NCBI GenBank assembly: GCA_044344255.1
Contig: JBIJDH010000005.1
Coordinates: forward strand, 288,001 to 352,000
DNA: 64,000 nt
Reading direction: 5' to 3'
Origin: Myxococcota bacterium
GTDB taxonomy: Bacteria; Myxococcota_A; UBA796; UBA2385
Shown here one piece after another: positions 30,521-39,922 of this stretch. Positions within the stretch are counted from its first letter, which is position 1; every line of letters begins with the position of its first letter. Below the pieces are notes generated by a model. The model was given only the letters and a program-made list of their open reading frames with translations, was not told where the DNA came from and did not search any database. The position numbers and the translations under genes were made by a program.

Positions 30521-32053
30521 GCCGCGTCGGCGGCGCAGGGCGAGGAGGCCGACCAGCGCGGCGGCGGGCAGGGCCGCCCCGGGAGCGGGGCTGGCTGAGC
30601 ACGCGCAGGCCTTGAAGGGAACATCCTCGTTGGCGGGGGTGAAGCCGGTGTCCTGCCCCGTCTCGCCGCCCCCGTCGCCGCCCGCCCCGGAGCAGTCCTC
30701 GGCCACCGCGGGGTCGGTGTCGTCACAGTCTGCGTCGAGCGGGGTGCCGTCGCCGTCCTGGTCGTCGTCGTTGCCGTCGCAGTCCTGATCGATGCCGTCG
30801 TACCAGACCTCCTCTGCGGTGCTGGCGACAGCGGGGTCGAGGTCGTCGCAGTCCCCACCCCCGTGCTCGGCGGCGGGGTCGCCGTCGCCGTCCTGATCGT
30901 CGTCGTCGTCGCCCGCGCAGTCCGAGTCCACCCCGTCGTACCAGGCGTCGGCGGCTCCGGGGAAGACCGCGGCGTCGGTGTCGTCGCAGTCGTCTCCGCC
31001 CGCCTCGACGGCGGCGTAGCCGTCGCCGTCCTGATCGTCGTCGTTGCCGTCGCAGTCCTGATCGACGCCGTCGTACCAGACCTCGGTCGCGCCGGGGTAA
31101 ACCCCGGGCTCGGCGTCGTCGCAGTCGTCTCCGCCGCAGGTGGCGCCGCCGTGGCCGTCTCCGTCTTCATCGCAGGTCCCGCATTGGTCCTGCCCACCGG
31201 TGTAGAGGTCTTCTGCGCCGACCTCCGTCTCGCTCGCGAGGATGAGGAAGCTCGTGCCCAGGCTGCCGAGGGCGGGGAGGCTGTCGGGGCTCGTCCAGCG
31301 GAGGGCCATCGCGTCGTCGGTGGTGGCGGCGGCCTCGTCGGTCAGGGTCGTGTCGGCGTCGGTGTCGGAGTTCGACCACCCGGCGTAGTGGCCGAGGGCG
31401 GAGTTGTCTTCGTCACAGGCCCCGAAGGAGAGGGTCACCCCGGAGGAGGCGCCCACGCTCTCTGCGTAGTCGGAGGCCGTGCCGCCCCCCGTGTTCTGGA
31501 CGTTGTTCTTGGTGGTGTAGATCCCGTAGCTGGCGGAGTCCTGATCGGGGTCGACCGCGTAGAGCAGGCGGAGGTTCGTGATCTCCTGGTCGGTCTTGTT
31601 GGTGACCCCGAAGCTCACCACCACAAGGCTCTCGTCGAGCGCCCAGCGCTCCACCTTGGTGATGATGACCTGGTCGTCTTCGAAGACGTGCGTGGCGATG
31701 GCGTGAGTGAGGGTGGAGTCGTCCCGCTCGTCGGTGAGGAGGAGGTTAGTGCCGCTGCCGGAGCCCGACCAGGCCTCGTACGACTCGTCGCCGATCTGGT
31801 ATTCGACGGCGAAGCGCTGCCAAGGGTAGCCCCAATAGGAAAATTCGACCCAGGCGCCCACGATGAAGGCCTGGAAGCCAGCCGCGGCGCCCGTGTCATT
31901 CCAGGTGCCATCGTCGTTGTAGTAGATCTGCACGAGGTCGCCGGCCACGAGCTCAGCCCCGACCGCGGGGCGCGCGCCGAGGAGCGCGAGCAGGGGGACG
32001 AGCAGGGGGACGAGCAGGGGCTGGCCTGCGGTGCGGTGGCGACCGTGGGACAT
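30476..32053 (-). CDS. Secreted protein with MopE-related (DCDD) repeats and MYXO-CTERM-like tail
   Basis: Signal peptide; three full DCDD..V.P.A.E.WYDG.D.DC repeats plus one partial; KACACSAS + hydrophobic helix + RRRR. Confidence 0.85.
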   Translation of the reverse strand: MSHGRHRTAGQPLLVPLLVPLLALLGARPAVGAELVAGDLVQIYYNDDGTWNDTGAAAGFQAFIVGAWVEFSYWGYPWQRFAVEYQIGDESYEAWSGSGSGTNLLLTDERDDSTLTHAIATHVFEDDQVIITKVERWALDESLVVVSFGVTNKTDQEITNLRLLYAVDPDQDSASYGIYTTKNNVQNTGGGTASDYAESVGASSGVTLSFGACDEDNSALGHYAGWSNSDTDADTTLTDEAAATTDDAMALRWTSPDSLPALGSLGTSFLILASETEVGAEDLYTGGQDQCGTCDEDGDGHGGATCGGDDCDDAEPGVYPGATEVWYDGVDQDCDGNDDDQDGDGYAAVEAGGDDCDDTDAAVFPGAADAWYDGVDSDCAGDDDDDQDGDGDPAAEHGGGDCDDLDPAVASTAEEVWYDGIDQDCDGNDDDQDGDGTPLDADCDDTDPAVAEDCSGAGGDGGGETGQDTGFTPANEDVPFKACACSASPAPGAALPAAALVGLLALRRRRGSPGSDPHHHPRRVR

Positions 32054-32130
32054 AAGGGTCTCCTGAGATGCGACCCCGACGGTATAGGTCGAGAACGTGC
32101 CCAGGGGCAAGCGCTCGCTGCGAACGGGGG

Positions 32131-32160
32131 CGCGACGGGGCGCGACGGGGCGCGACGGGG
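32131..32160. repeat. Intergenic 10-bp tandem repeat (CGCGACGGGG)x3
   Basis: Three perfect copies plus a degenerate flanking unit. Confidence 0.9.
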
Positions 32161-32169
32161 GCCAGGGGC

Positions 32170-32730
32170 CTAAATCGACAGGTCGACCGGAGCCTCGGTG
32201 ACGAGGGCCCGCAGCAGGTCGCTGCGGGTGATGATGCCCACGAGGGTGGTCTCCTCGACGATGGGCATACAGCCGATGCGGTGGAGCAAGAGCAGGCGTG
32301 CGATCTCGCGGAGGAGCGTGTCCGGCGCCGCGGTCAGCACGTGGGTGGCCATGAGGTCGGCGACCCGCAGGTTCTCCCGATCTTCAGCGCGGCTGGCGGG
32401 GAGGAGGTCGCGGTCGGACAGGACGCCGATGATCCGGCGCCGCTCGTCGAGCACCGGGACATGGCGGAAGCGTCGCTCCTCGAAGAGGGCCGCGGCCTCG
32501 TCGAGGGTGGCCTCGGGGTCGAGCGTGATCACGGGCTCCGACATCAGCTCGCTGGCGTAGACCCGGCGGCGGCGGAGCGGGGACAGGGAGGCGGGGCGCA
32601 ACCAAGGGTTCGAGCGGCTCGCCTCCCGCGGTGGGAGGTGGGTCGAGACCGGCTCGGCCGCTCGGACCGCCTCCACTGCGACCACTGGCCCGATCACCCG
32701 CCTCCCGCTGCTGTCCCACACGCTGAACAT
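32170..32730 (-). CDS. CBS-domain pair protein
   Basis: ASELMSEPVITL, FRHVPV, GVLSDRDL, IGCMPIV, GIITRSDLL; GGGAGG RBS. Confidence 0.9.
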   Translation of the reverse strand: MFSVWDSSGRRVIGPVVAVEAVRAAEPVSTHLPPREASRSNPWLRPASLSPLRRRRVYASELMSEPVITLDPEATLDEAAALFEERRFRHVPVLDERRRIIGVLSDRDLLPASRAEDRENLRVADLMATHVLTAAPDTLLREIARLLLLHRIGCMPIVEETTLVGIITRSDLLRALVTEAPVDLSI

Positions 32731-32860
32731 CGACGTCCTCCCTTCGCGCGCGAGGGATGGGCCCCGCGCTGCCTGTGCGGCTGCAGCCTTGGATCTGCCA
32801 CAACTCGGCCTGGAGGTCCAGCGGCGTGTGCAGCGCGCCGAAAGGGGATACCGGCGGTGC

Positions 32861-33814
32861 ATGGTCCAGGCCCCTCCGAGCATCCTCCCACAGACCTATG
32901 CAGGTAGCGCCAGCTTCTCCGGCCGCGGCCCGCGGGCGGTGCTGACGATCGGCAACTTTGACGGGGTCCACCTCGGGCATCGGCACCTCATCGGCGCCGC
33001 CCAGGCGCGCGCAGAGGCGGAGGGGGTCCCGGTCTGTGTCTACACCTTTGAGCCCGCGCCGCGGGTCGTGCTCGCGCCGAGCCAGCGCCCGCCGCGGATC
33101 ACCGACTGGCTGGAGCGGATCGACCTCCTCGGCGGGGCGGGGGTCGGACATGTGGTGCTCGAGCGTTTCGGGCGGGCCTTCGCACAGCACCCGCCCGAGT
33201 GGTTCGTCGACGAGGTCATCGGCCGGCGCATCCAGCCCGCCGCCGTGGTGGTCGGCTACGACTTCCGCTTCGGGCGTGCCCGCGCTGGAGATGTCGGGCT
33301 GCTCCGTGCGCGCCTGCCCGGGGTCGACGTCCTGCAGGTGAGCGCCTTTGAGGTGGACGGCCTCGCGGTGAGCTCGAGCCGGATCCGCACCCTGCTGCTG
33401 GAGGGGGCGGTGTCGGCGGCAGCGGCGCTGCTCGGCCGGCCCTTCAGCCTGCGGGGCACGGTCGTGCCCGGCGATCAGCGGGGGCGCACCATCGGCTTCC
33501 CCACAGCGAACCTGGAGAGCGACGCCGAGCTCCTCCCGCCGAGCGGGGTCTACGCCGTGCGGGCGCGGGTGGACGGGCGGGGGCCCTGGTGCCCGGCGGT
33601 GGCCAACCTGGGCACCCGCCCCACCTTCGACGGCAGCCGCTTCCTCCATGAGGTCCACCTGCTCGACACGAGCATCGACCTCTATGGCCGCGAGCTCGAG
33701 GTCGCCTTCATCGAGCGCCTCCGAGCCGAGCAGCGCTTCTCCGGTCCGGACGCGCTCGTGGTGCAGATCCGGGCGGACGTGCTCCAGGCCCGCGAGCGGC
33801 TGGCCGCGCCTTGA
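32861..33814 (+). CDS. ribF: Bifunctional riboflavin kinase/FAD synthetase
   Basis: GNFDGVHLGH, GYDFRFG, VSSSRIR, GRTIGFPTAN, EVHLLD. Confidence 0.96.
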   Translation: MVQAPPSILPQTYAGSASFSGRGPRAVLTIGNFDGVHLGHRHLIGAAQARAEAEGVPVCVYTFEPAPRVVLAPSQRPPRITDWLERIDLLGGAGVGHVVLERFGRAFAQHPPEWFVDEVIGRRIQPAAVVVGYDFRFGRARAGDVGLLRARLPGVDVLQVSAFEVDGLAVSSSRIRTLLLEGAVSAAAALLGRPFSLRGTVVPGDQRGRTIGFPTANLESDAELLPPSGVYAVRARVDGRGPWCPAVANLGTRPTFDGSRFLHEVHLLDTSIDLYGRELEVAFIERLRAEQRFSGPDALVVQIRADVLQARERLAAP

Positions 33815-33833
33815 GCCCGGCGCGGGGCTCGCG

Positions 33834-34676
33834 GTGATCAGCGCTCGGACGCGGGTGCTGGGGCTGGTGGGGCACCCGGTGCGCCACTCCCTGTCCCCGG
33901 CCATGTACAACGAGCTCTTTCGCCGGAGCCGGATCGACGCCGTGTATGTGGCCTTCGACGTCCACCCCGAGCGGGCGGGCGACGTGGCGGGGGCGATCCG
34001 CACCCTCGACCTCGTGGGCGTCAACCTCACCGTGCCCTTCAAGGAGCGGGTGATGGCCGACCTCGATCACCTCACCGTCGCCGCCGAGGAGGCGGGCGCG
34101 GTCAATGTGGTCATCCAGGTGGAGGGCAAGCTCACCGGCTACAACACCGACGGAGAGGGCCTGGTGCGCAGCCTCGAAGAGCAGGGCTGGAGCACCCGCG
34201 GGCGGGTGGCGGTGGTGCTCGGGGCAGGTGGCACGGCGCGGGCGGTGGCTTCGGCGCTGGTCGATCGCGGGGCCGGTCGGGTCTGCCTGCTCAACCGCAC
34301 CGAGGCCCGCGCTGTCGCCGCCGTCGATCTCCTCGGCCGCCGCTTCCCGGGTGACCGCCTCGAGGCCGGGCCGCTCACCCCCGCCGCCTTCGCTCGTCTC
34401 GCCGCGGGGGCCGATCTGGTCGTCAACTGCCTCAGCGGCGGAGCCGAGCAGCAGGTCAGCGCGCTCTCGCCCGAGGTCCTCGCCCCCGGCGGTTGGTGGG
34501 TGGACGTCAACTACTGGATGCCGAGCCCGCCGCTCCGGGCCGCCGCCTTGGCCCGCGGGCTGCGCTTCGAGACGGGGCACGCCATGCTCATGCACCAGGG
34601 CGCGCTCGCCTTCGAGCTCTTCACCGGCCACCCCGTCGAGGTCCGGGAGATCCGAGAGATCCTGGACACCCGGTGA
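33834..34676 (+). CDS. aroE: Shikimate dehydrogenase
   Basis: GHPVRHSLSP, NLTVPFK, GAVN, NTDG, GAGGTAR, NRT. Confidence 0.95.
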   Translation: MISARTRVLGLVGHPVRHSLSPAMYNELFRRSRIDAVYVAFDVHPERAGDVAGAIRTLDLVGVNLTVPFKERVMADLDHLTVAAEEAGAVNVVIQVEGKLTGYNTDGEGLVRSLEEQGWSTRGRVAVVLGAGGTARAVASALVDRGAGRVCLLNRTEARAVAAVDLLGRRFPGDRLEAGPLTPAAFARLAAGADLVVNCLSGGAEQQVSALSPEVLAPGGWWVDVNYWMPSPPLRAAALARGLRFETGHAMLMHQGALAFELFTGHPVEVREIREILDTR

Positions 34677-34706
34677 TGGGCCCCTCGACGTCCGTGACGC
34701 TCGAAC

Positions 34707-34720
34707 GTAACACAGGTTAC
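34707..34720. promoter_or_regulatory. Palindromic operator-like site GTAAC-N4-GTTAC
   Basis: Perfect AT-rich inverted repeat ending 5 nt before ATG 34726. Confidence 0.4.
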
Positions 34721-34725
34721 ACCAT

Positions 34726-35172
34726 ATGAAGTCAACAAAACCGGTGGTGATCGTCCGAGATCCCGATCCCACGAGGCGGCTCGCCTGGGTGAGCGCGCTC
34801 AGCGCCCGCTACGAGGTCTCGGCCCCGGGCGACGAGGAGCCGCTGCGCCTGATCCGCCGTGTCCGCCCGGCGCTCGTGCTGCTCACCGTGGCGGAGGGCC
34901 GGCCTGGGGAGGCGAGCGCCCTCTGCCGGGCCATCAAGACGGAGGCAGGCGCTCCCCCACGCGTCGGCCTGCTCGACCCGGGCGGCCGCCTGACCGAGCC
35001 CGCCGCCGCGGCCCAGGCTTGCCTCGCCGACGGGCTGCTCGGGGGCACGCCGCCTGACCTCGACGCCCGCCTCCGCTTCGTCGCCGACACCCTGGCGGGC
35101 GTAAAGCCGGTCACCTTGCACCCGGTGGAAGGCGGGTTGTTACGCCGGCTCCGCGGGCTCTGGACCGGGTGA
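34726..35172 (+). CDS. Degenerate receiver-like (REC) protein
   Basis: REC-like topology (VVIV.D, RVRPALVLL, LCRAIK, ADG) but the phospho-acceptor Asp is missing. Confidence 0.55.
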   Translation: MKSTKPVVIVRDPDPTRRLAWVSALSARYEVSAPGDEEPLRLIRRVRPALVLLTVAEGRPGEASALCRAIKTEAGAPPRVGLLDPGGRLTEPAAAAQACLADGLLGGTPPDLDARLRFVADTLAGVKPVTLHPVEGGLLRRLRGLWTG

Positions 35173-35271
35173 GCGGCGCCACCCGACGCGGGCGGTGGTG
35201 GCGAGGCGTCTGTGGATGAGGCAGCATGGGCTTCGGCATGGACCTCTGCACAGGGGCCGGAGGAGACTCAG

Positions 35272-35943
35272 ATGGACCGACACGCACACACCTCGCACCC
35301 CCTTCGCTCCACGGGGCGCCTCGCGGGCTTCTGCGTCGCGCTCGGTGTGTGCGGGGTCACCGGCTGCGCGGCGGAGGTCGCCCCCAAGGGGGGCAGCGAC
35401 GGCAGCGACGGCAGCGACGGCGGTGACGGAGGCGATGGTGGAGGGGACTCCGGCGGCGCAGATGACACCGGTGGCGGGGGCGGCGGCGGCCTCTCGGGCG
35501 ACGTCGCGGCCCTGCTCACCACCGGCTCCGGCTGCGGAGACCTCATCCTCACCGTCCACGACGACCCCGACCGCCTGCTGCTCGCCTTCCAGGTGAGCGG
35601 CCCGGTGGCGGCGGCCTTCACCGCCGGCGCCCCGACCACCACGACCTACACCCTCCCCGACGCCGCGGTCACGCTGCTGGTTCAAGGCGGCGAGCGCCTC
35701 GGCGCAGGCTGGTGTAACGACGTGGTCGATGACCGCACCCAGGTCCGCACCACCTGGACCGCCACCGCTGGCGCCGCCTCGCTGCTCGTCACCCCCTCCG
35801 GGGAGGCGACCGAATTCGAGCAGCCGGCCGAGGGCTGCCTCACGTTAGACGGCGCCACCTTCGTCGTCAGCGAGGGCTCGGGTAACCCCATCGAGGTCAG
35901 CCACCTCGAGGCCTGCGGGCGGGTGGGCTGGCTCCCAGGCTGA
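35272..35943 (+). CDS. Hypothetical lipoprotein with Gly/Asp tether
   Basis: AGGAG RBS; VTGC lipobox; (GSD/GGD)n; Cys-containing beta domain. Confidence 0.75.
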   Translation: MDRHAHTSHPLRSTGRLAGFCVALGVCGVTGCAAEVAPKGGSDGSDGSDGGDGGDGGGDSGGADDTGGGGGGGLSGDVAALLTTGSGCGDLILTVHDDPDRLLLAFQVSGPVAAAFTAGAPTTTTYTLPDAAVTLLVQGGERLGAGWCNDVVDDRTQVRTTWTATAGAASLLVTPSGEATEFEQPAEGCLTLDGATFVVSEGSGNPIEVSHLEACGRVGWLPG

Positions 35944-35968
35944 GCCTCCGTGTTGACGCTCCAACCCG

Positions 35969-36439
35969 TTATTTGTGGACAGGTCGCCCCAACGCGGCGC
36001 GGCCGGCCGGGCGCAGCAGGGCGAAGAGCCCGAAGGCCCCCATCAGGGTGCCGACCGGCGGCGCGGCCAGCGACAGCAGCGACAGGCCGATCGCGGGGAA
36101 GTAGGCCCAGGGCCGCAGCCGCCTCAGCCCCGCCCCGGTGACGAGGCTGAGCGCCAGCAGCCCCACCTGGGCGGCGGTCAGGGCATACGCAGCGCCGCTG
36201 CTGACGCCCTCGTCTCCATCGACCAGCGGATCGAGCACGCTCCGCACCATCAGGCCGCCAAACCCCACCACCGCGCCGCCGAGCAGGTAGAACAGGCCGA
36301 GGGCCCGGAGGAGGGTCTCTGGCTGAAAGACCGCGTTACGCCAGTGTGACGCGGGGGCGCCATCGGGGCCTCCATCGGGGGTTGGAGGCGACACCGGGGC
36401 AGCGGTGGGCGGGCGGGCGCTTGGCCTCGGCGTGGACAT
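35969..36439 (-). CDS. Small membrane protein (3-4 TM)
   Basis: Hydrophobic helices with GLRRLRPWA and PVGTL motifs. Confidence 0.65.
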   Translation of the reverse strand: MSTPRPSARPPTAAPVSPPTPDGGPDGAPASHWRNAVFQPETLLRALGLFYLLGGAVVGFGGLMVRSVLDPLVDGDEGVSSGAAYALTAAQVGLLALSLVTGAGLRRLRPWAYFPAIGLSLLSLAAPPVGTLMGAFGLFALLRPAGRAALGRPVHK

Positions 36440-36486
36440 TGACAGATCTTACCCGGCGGGGCGCCCGATCCGGTTAGCCTCGCCGG

Positions 36487-37521
36487 ATGATCCTCGTCTA
36501 CGGCGCTTATGGTTACACCGGTCAGCTCATCGTCCGCGAGGCGGTCGCGGCGGGCATCCCCCTCATCCTCGCCGGCCGCGACCGGCAGCGCACCGAGGCC
36601 CTCGCGCGCGAGCACGGGCTCCCCTGTCGCGTCTTCGGGCTCGAAGCTCCCGATCTGAGCGGGGTGCGCGCCGTGCTGCACTGCGCGGGGCCCTTCTCCC
36701 GCACCGCGGCCCCGATGGTAGACGCCTGCCTGCGCGCAGGGGTCCACTACCTCGACATCACGGGGGAGATCAGCGTCTTCGAGGCCTTGGCCGCGCGGGA
36801 CGCCGAGGCGAAGCACGCAGGCGTCCTCCTCCTGCCGGGCGCGGGCTTTGACGTCGTGCCCTCGGACTGCCTCGCCGCGCATGTCGCCCGCCGCCTGCCC
36901 ACGGCCCGCAGCCTCCGCCTCGCCTTGTGGACGCGGGGCGTGATCTCCCACGGCACCGCCACCACCCTCGTCGAGAACCTGGGCGGCCCCGGCGCCGTCC
37001 GGCGAGAGGGCCGGATCGTCCCCGTCCCCGCTGGCCACGACCGCCGCACCTTCGCCTTCGGGGCGGAGCGCCGGGAGGCGGCCACCATCCCCTGGGGAGA
37101 CGTCTCGACCGCCTTCTACACCACGGGCATCCCCAACATCGCCGTCTACACCGTCCTGCCTGCGGCCGTGATGGTGGGCATGCGCTGGAGCGGCCTCTTC
37201 GGGCCCCTCCTTCGTTCGGCGCCGGTGCAGCGTCAACTCCAGCGGTACATCGACGGTCGCCCGGCCGGCCCCACGGACGCCGAGCGCGAGGCCGGTTCTT
37301 GCCGCATCGTGGCGGAGGCCGAGGACGACGCGGGCAAGGTGGTGCAGAGCCTGCTCACCGCGCCCGAGGGCTACACCCTGACCGCCCGCACCGCCCTCGA
37401 GCTCGCCCGCCGCGCCGCCGCCGGCGACGCCCCGATCGGCTTCCAGACCCCGGCGCGGGCCTACGGCGCCGACTTCATCCTCGGCTTCGCGGGGGTCACC
37501 CGCACCGACCTCGGGACGTGA
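36487..37521 (+). CDS. Saccharopine dehydrogenase-like NAD(P)-binding oxidoreductase
   Basis: YGAYGYTG, LAGR, HCAGPF, HYLDITGE, GFDVVPSD. Confidence 0.9.
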   Translation: MILVYGAYGYTGQLIVREAVAAGIPLILAGRDRQRTEALAREHGLPCRVFGLEAPDLSGVRAVLHCAGPFSRTAAPMVDACLRAGVHYLDITGEISVFEALAARDAEAKHAGVLLLPGAGFDVVPSDCLAAHVARRLPTARSLRLALWTRGVISHGTATTLVENLGGPGAVRREGRIVPVPAGHDRRTFAFGAERREAATIPWGDVSTAFYTTGIPNIAVYTVLPAAVMVGMRWSGLFGPLLRSAPVQRQLQRYIDGRPAGPTDAEREAGSCRIVAEAEDDAGKVVQSLLTAPEGYTLTARTALELARRAAAGDAPIGFQTPARAYGADFILGFAGVTRTDLGT

Positions 37522-37527
37522 CGCCGC

Positions 37528-38472
37528 ATGGCGCCGCCCCGCTCACCCGCTGCCCGGCCTGAGCCCGGGGCCCACCTCCAGTGTCCCGGCTGCGGCGCCC
37601 CGGTGCCGATCACGGGGGTAGACAAGAGCCGCTGCCTCTTCTGCCTGCGGGAGACGGACGTCCCGGACCACCTCGCCCGGCCGGTAGAGGAGGCCGATGA
37701 GATCGAGGAGCGGGTCGAGGAGGCCGCCCGCGAGCTCCAGGCGGCGCGCCACGGCGCCAGCTCGGGCCGCTTCGCCCGCCTGCGGGTGGTGGGCATCCTG
37801 ATGGGCACGGGGGCCTTCGCCCTCGGCACCACGGGGGTCTCGCTCTTCGCCTCCGGCGGCCTGAAGGGCCTCCAGAAGAACCCGATGGCGCTGCTCGGCC
37901 CGGTGCTGATCGTCTCGATCTACGGCGGCATGGGGGCCTCGATGGTGCTGGGCGTGCTCGGCTCCGCGGTCGCCGAGCGCCTGCGCCTGCGCTCCGTTCC
38001 CTTCGCGGTGGTGCGCACGGCCAAGGGCATCGAGGCCCGCTGCCCCAACTGTGCGGCCGGCCTCGTGCCCCTCGGCAAGCTCACCGCCACCTGCGGCGGC
38101 TGCGGCACGGAGGCGCTGCTCCCGGCCCCCCTCGTCTCCGCCGAGCTCCAGGCCCGGCATCACAAGCTGGCGATGGCCCACAAGCACACGAGCGGCTTCC
38201 ACCGTGGTCAACAGCGGGCCGCGGCGGTGGCTCAGCTCGGTATGGGCTGCGTGATGGGGGGCGTGGGCCTCGTGGCGATGGTGGCCATTCCGGTGATCAT
38301 GTTCTTCGCCTCCAAGCACATGAAGATGTCGCCGGCCGTGATGATCGGGAGCGCGGCCCTGCCGGTGGTGATCCTCGGCGGCACCTTCGGCATGAACGCG
38401 CTCACCCAATTCTGGACGGCCGTGAAGATGTGGCGGGCGGCGGGGAAGATTGGACCTGAGGGTTCGGCCTGA
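37528..38472 (+). CDS. Membrane protein with two Zn-ribbons
   Basis: CPGC/CLFC, two TMs, CPNC/CGGC, two TMs. Confidence 0.75.
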   Translation: MAPPRSPAARPEPGAHLQCPGCGAPVPITGVDKSRCLFCLRETDVPDHLARPVEEADEIEERVEEAARELQAARHGASSGRFARLRVVGILMGTGAFALGTTGVSLFASGGLKGLQKNPMALLGPVLIVSIYGGMGASMVLGVLGSAVAERLRLRSVPFAVVRTAKGIEARCPNCAAGLVPLGKLTATCGGCGTEALLPAPLVSAELQARHHKLAMAHKHTSGFHRGQQRAAAVAQLGMGCVMGGVGLVAMVAIPVIMFFASKHMKMSPAVMIGSAALPVVILGGTFGMNALTQFWTAVKMWRAAGKIGPEGSA

Positions 38473-38475
38473 AGA

Positions 38476-39288
38476 TCAGGAGCTCGCGGTCCAACAGGGC
38501 CGACAGAGCGGCTTGGCCATTGTTGTCTTCTTCTCCGCTCCGCAGGAATGACAGTGGACCTCGTCGTACTCAGGGTTCTGGAATCGTGCCCAGGACGCAT
38601 AGCAGGCCGCACAGTACGGGCGAGCCGGATTGAGGGGAACAGCAGCGTTGCAGCGGATGCAGTGGCCTGAACTACCTGTGGAGCGGGACGCAGCCGCGGG
38701 TGGTTTAGCGCCCGGTCTCGCTGGGGGTCGCTTCAGGACTTCAGAAGGGCGAGTAATTGCGATTGCGGGGCTCGCTTTCGGCAACGGAAGACTGCCAACC
38801 ATTGCAGAAAAAGCAGCAGAGAACGCTGCGATACCGGTCGGCGCGTTCAGCTTTCGGTCGTCCACCGCCCGCTGGTGCAGTTTCCTCACCTCATCCTTGA
38901 CCTTCGCATAGTCTGCGAAGTCGGTGTCTTGGTGGAACCGAATCGCGATCTCCCACGAATTTAGAGCGGACGTCTCGAGCAGATTCATCGAGGTCACGAT
39001 CGCCGTTGTCTTGCTGAGATAAATCTTGGCATGAAGATGAGGCAGGTACTCGATCTCCACTCCGGCAGCCTTGACCGTAGACGTCAACGCTTCCTGTTTT
39101 TCTCGGTCACTGCCACCCCGAACGACCAAACGTACCTTCGCGCCCGGCCGGGACGCCGCGTGTCGAATCGCGTCCGTCAGGCGGACCCATGGTTTGAAAT
39201 AGGGCGTGATGAGAACGAGCTGGCCTTCCGACGATTCGATGAGCTTGAGGACCTCGCCGGAGATGTCGGTTCCACCTATGATGTCCAT
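38476..39288 (-). CDS. Phospholipase D-family (single HKD, nuclease-like) protein with C-terminal 8-Cys Zn-binding domain
   Basis: LITPY, HAKIY...TSMNL...SWE; CIRC, CAAC, CHSC, CRPC; lower GC than the flanks. Start inferred at ATG 39288. Confidence 0.8.
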   Translation of the reverse strand: MDIIGGTDISGEVLKLIESSEGQLVLITPYFKPWVRLTDAIRHAASRPGAKVRLVVRGGSDREKQEALTSTVKAAGVEIEYLPHLHAKIYLSKTTAIVTSMNLLETSALNSWEIAIRFHQDTDFADYAKVKDEVRKLHQRAVDDRKLNAPTGIAAFSAAFSAMVGSLPLPKASPAIAITRPSEVLKRPPARPGAKPPAAASRSTGSSGHCIRCNAAVPLNPARPYCAACYASWARFQNPEYDEVHCHSCGAEKKTTMAKPLCRPCWTASS

Positions 39289-39574
39289 GCGAGTATTGGT
39301 CCGATTTGTAGTGGGTAGACTTGTGGCGTTGGCTGGGTCAAAGCTGGGACAGAGAAGGACCTGTGGGAGCGCCGAGGCACCGTCGGAAACCGCTAAAACG
39401 CTGGTAACGCACTCCAACTGGTCGTTCAATGCGGTGGTGAGCGGCTCGTGGGTCCCTGGGCGGGGAGGTGACGGAGGCGGGGTACCGACGGGCGTCACCG
39501 CAGCCCATATTGGTGCAGAGGCTCGCACGATGTTCGTAGTCGTGGGACGTGTTTTAGCTGGTTGGACGCGACGC

Positions 39575-39922
39575 CTGCAGCGCTCATTGGAAGTAGACCG
39601 GGGTGTGCTCACCAGGGGTAGTCCACCTGCGTGCTGGTCCTTGCAAGGGCTCGGTGGTTCAGTTATCTCTTTGGTCGGTCGACACCTCGGTGGTTCATGA
39701 GGTTGTTCGGCCAGCCGAACACCGAAAAGCTGGCGTTCGAGCGCCCCCGGTTCGCACTTCCGCTCCCATGGATGCCCCCTGAGGACTCCCTGGAAGCTCA
39801 TCGAAGGGCCTCCGTGCGGGGCCCCCGCCCCCCGCCGCCAGCGTAGCTGACCGGTGGCAACTCCAACCGGGGTGGACTACTTCCGGTGAGCAGAAGTGGT
39901 CTACTTCTGGTGAGCGCTCAAG
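39575..39922. mobile_element. Non-autonomous IS21-like element (MITE or internally deleted IS), 348 bp
   Basis: Imperfect ~50-bp terminal inverted repeats, each built from two ~24-bp-period subrepeats; flanked by 5-bp direct repeat GACGC (39570-39574, 39923-39927); no transposase ORF. Confidence 0.8.

Noticed and set aside
32121..32165. 10-bp intergenic tandem repeat as a regulatory or G-quadruplex element
   Set aside because: Recorded as a repeat, but short G-rich repeats are expected at this GC content and there is no evidence of function.
39289..39801. N-terminal extension of the 441-aa PLD ORF
   Set aside because: It runs through the MITE and non-coding-looking sequence; the PLD domain begins at ATG 39288.
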